Source: a virus. Taken from it: a DNA stretch of 64,000 nt. Position numbers and translations under genes: made by a program. Shown here one piece after another: positions 61,923-64,000 of this stretch. Under the pieces are notes generated by a model, which saw only the letters and a program-made list of their open reading frames with translations, was not told the origin of the DNA and ran no database searches. Within the stretch, counting starts at the first letter, position 1, and every line of letters starts with the position of its first letter. The stretch lies in IMG/VR virus record IMGVR_UViG_3300029203_000004. The stretch is one strand, 5' to 3'.

Positions 61923-62709
61923 GATTGCAGACTATTACTTCCAGGTAAAAAGACTTGCCAACGGTATAAAATCGTCAACCAAAGGGCGTGCGGAGAAGTT
62001 CTCTAAGGACCTTCTAGCCGTATTCCTTTTGGCAGGGGTTAAATCGTTCAAGTCAATATCAAAACTCCCGGATAGTCAAAAAGAAAAAGTGCTTGAACTT
62101 ACCAAAAAGTTCCGTGAGGATATATATAACGACATATACCAATATGTATTGGAAAGCAATAAACTGTCACTCGAATTAAACAATGATCTTGGATGGGAGT
62201 ATATTTCAATGACGGACAACGGAATTAAGGAATATATGGAAAGGACATACGGTGGAGAAACGACAAAGCAGAGAATAAACACAAATACAAACAGATTCCG
62301 CGCTGTTGTTGAAGTATATCTTGCCAATACATTACTGTCCACAAAAACGAACAATATAGAGAAGATAACGGATGAGGTTCAAAAAAAGATATGGAACAAC
62401 ATATCATCACCATATAACGTATCATTTATTCCGCCAAGCAAACAGAAACACTATGGGAGAGGATATGCCACAAATGGTATAAGCCAGTTGTATGTTATAG
62501 AACAGCAGATGATTCTAGGAATTTTCAATGAAGCAAATTACAACTCATGGAAAAACATTCCAAATTTCAAGGGATGGAGGACAGCAGTAACGTCTAAAAA
62601 TCCATGCCAGTTCTGCATTGACGAGCAATACAGAATACACACAGACAGACCTAAGCTGCCGTTCCATGCCCATTGCTTGTGTATATTGTATCCAGTGTTT
62701 AATATATAA
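61897..62709 (+). CDS. Head morphogenesis / minor capsid protein (SPP1 gp7 / Mu F-like)
   Basis: C-terminal NPCQFCIDEQYRIHTDRPKLPFHAHCLCILYPV fits the Phage_Mu_F ending (C..C ... P.H..C.C). Confidence 0.7.
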   Translation: MINKEEISKIADYYFQVKRLANGIKSSTKGRAEKFSKDLLAVFLLAGVKSFKSISKLPDSQKEKVLELTKKFREDIYNDIYQYVLESNKLSLELNNDLGWEYISMTDNGIKEYMERTYGGETTKQRINTNTNRFRAVVEVYLANTLLSTKTNNIEKITDEVQKKIWNNISSPYNVSFIPPSKQKHYGRGYATNGISQLYVIEQQMILGIFNEANYNSWKNIPNFKGWRTAVTSKNPCQFCIDEQYRIHTDRPKLPFHAHCLCILYPVFNI

Positions 62710-63709
62710 TAACTTGATAATCAACATACCATTGAGTAACATTACCATAAGACGGGGGATTTCCAGCATCAACCACATCATTACGAGTAAATGATTTAGG
62801 AATATTTGTGCACGAAGGCATCAATATATTACCTGACCATTGACCTGTATAAGATCCATCTTTCGCTCTCCATCTATATCTAGCGTATGGTCTGCCGGAT
62901 GAAGCAACGTAATCACTAGAAGTGTTATTTGTAATGTTCAATCTGCATTTAGAAGAAGTAGAGCCATTTGTCAACTGTCCGTAAACAGAGAATCCAGAAG
63001 CGTTGGCTGTTGTATCTCCAAGTGTAATAGAAAGACTTTGTGTAACCACTATCGGCTTACGAATAAATCCGTCAGATGTAGTAGGAATTAAGCATAATAC
63101 ATTTCCACTGTAATCACAAAAATAACCCTTAAGATAAATATATGTATCCCCCATAGATATGAGATTATTGCGATTAAGGGTAATTGAAATTTTTCCTGTA
63201 CTATCAATACTACTTACAACAAAAACTCCAGAATCTACCAACCTCTTTAATTGATTATATACTTCTACCTTTATCTTCATATTAGACCAAGTAAATCCCC
63301 CAAGTATTTTACCCCAATTATACCTAGAATCAGCCCAATATGGTGAAATTGTAAGTACAAACGTTGTCTTTGTAGCATCTACAGGATTAGTTAGAATATC
63401 TTTATCTATTGTAAGAGGTTTAGCCCCATGATCGTATCCATCAAAATCAGTAAGCCTATACCATGTTTTAGGTCTATCATATACTAATTTCTTATTTACA
63501 GAATCATAAATTATACCAGGTAAACTAGCGTTGTCAAATGAAGGGCTAGACGCTTCTTTGGGTTTTATATAACTCCACATATTAATTTTTTCGCTAAGAC
63601 AAGCATACCCTAAATCATAACCATCACTAGTAGGACCGATGCCTAAGGTAGGATATACATCACTATCCAATCCGACAGGTGCAGTGATTTTTCCGTTAGA
63701 GTGAGCCAT
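62699..63709 (-). CDS. Fibre-associated protein, paralogue of 31201..32304
   Basis: ATG at 63709 (MAHSNGKITAP...). The N-terminal ~45 aa and the underlying nucleotides are conserved with 31201..32304; the rest is divergent. Confidence 0.6.
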   Translation of the reverse strand: MAHSNGKITAPVGLDSDVYPTLGIGPTSDGYDLGYACLSEKINMWSYIKPKEASSPSFDNASLPGIIYDSVNKKLVYDRPKTWYRLTDFDGYDHGAKPLTIDKDILTNPVDATKTTFVLTISPYWADSRYNWGKILGGFTWSNMKIKVEVYNQLKRLVDSGVFVVSSIDSTGKISITLNRNNLISMGDTYIYLKGYFCDYSGNVLCLIPTTSDGFIRKPIVVTQSLSITLGDTTANASGFSVYGQLTNGSTSSKCRLNITNNTSSDYVASSGRPYARYRWRAKDGSYTGQWSGNILMPSCTNIPKSFTRNDVVDAGNPPSYGNVTQWYVDYQVIIY

Positions 63710-63863
63710 AATCACCCCCTTTCTCTATAACGGTATAAGAACCTTTACAAACAACAATGCCATTATAACTGATACTACGACAATGAATATCGCCATCAAT
63801 TATAACAGCATCAGAAATATCATAATCACTAGGAAGTTCCTTGCCACATAGTGTTATAACTTC
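63696..63863 (-). other. Conserved reading frame paralogous to 47927..48127, but without any ATG/GTG/TTG start
   Basis: Translates to EVITLCGKELPSDYDISDAVIIDGDIHCRSISYNGIVVCKGSYTVIEKGGDYGSL*. About half the aligned residues are identical to the 48-kb copy despite many synonymous nucleotide differences. The frame is open back to a TAG at 63918-63920 inside the tandem array and contains no canonical start. Confidence 0.4.
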
Positions 63864-64000
63864 GACTGCCCCTGTGCAGCTAGACTGCCCCTGTGCAGCT
63901 AGACTGCCCCTGTGCAGCTAGACTGCCCCTGTGCAGCTAGACTGCCCCTGTGCAGCTAGACTGCCCCTGTGCAGCTAGACTGCCCCTGTGCAGCTAGACT
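63864..64000. repeat. Perfect 19-bp tandem repeat, at least 7.2 copies, running off the window
   Basis: Unit GACTGCCCCTGTGCAGCTA (period 19, first copy at 63864, next at 63883, and so on), with no variant positions seen. Each unit carries TAG on both strands, so every frame on either strand hits a stop within 3 units. Confidence 0.9.

Noticed and set aside
63864-64000. The 19-bp repeat array as a CRISPR array
   Set aside because: Units are contiguous with no spacers, and the period equals the repeat length. No cas genes are nearby.
1-64000. Alternative genetic code (stop-codon reassignment), as seen in some gut phages
   Set aside because: Very long genes (2055 aa, 1973 aa, 699 aa, terL, portal) are uninterrupted under the standard code. 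The only TAG-rich stretch is the non-coding tandem array.

Overview
AT-rich 64-kb stretch that reads as most of a tailed, siphovirus-like, probably temperate phage or prophage of a Bacteroidota host. The host call rests on many TAnnTTTG -7 promoter boxes and no obvious Shine-Dalgarno use. Product names come from motifs read by eye; no database search was possible.

Layout:
- 1-20: possible 3' end of a tRNA cut by the window edge.
- 61-15012 (+): early, replication and DNA-modification module. It holds a YqaJ-like exonuclease, SF2 helicase, VRR-NUC-like nuclease, beta-clamp-like protein, tyrosine integrase, Dam-type N6A methylase, PAPS-reductase-like protein and many small ORFs.
- 15.0-19.1 kb (-): cluster of unknown proteins, interrupted by a free-standing HNH endonuclease (+).
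- 19142-20124: IS1595-family insertion with an 8-bp target duplication.
- 21.5-25.3 kb (-): complete diversity-generating retroelement (RT, TR, VR in a tail-fibre C-terminus) with no recognisable Avd gene.
- 25.5-26.8 kb (+): TnpB-only IS605-type element.
- 26.8-55.5 kb (mostly -): fibres, a 1973-aa Tal/fibre, tRNA-Cys (+), a 2055-aa tape measure, a second TnpB, tail, connector, capsid and scaffold genes.
- 28.8-31.2 kb (+): methylase island inside that block.
- 55.7-58.9 kb (+): large terminase and portal.
- 58.9-61.7 kb: accessory island with an antirepressor, DUF5675-like protein, Panacea-domain protein and a non-coding block.
- 61.7-62.7 kb (+): head-morphogenesis protein.
- 62.7-64.0 kb: a second fibre-associated paralogue, ending in a 19-bp tandem array.

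Most unusual items:
- A gene-less, promoter- and terminator-flanked copy of the last 99 nt of the second TnpB element (its omega-RNA / right-end region).
- The Avd-less DGR whose RT carries a C-terminal extension.
- A non-coding 19-bp tandem array and a G9 tract in front of two paralogous small reading frames, one of which lacks a start codon.
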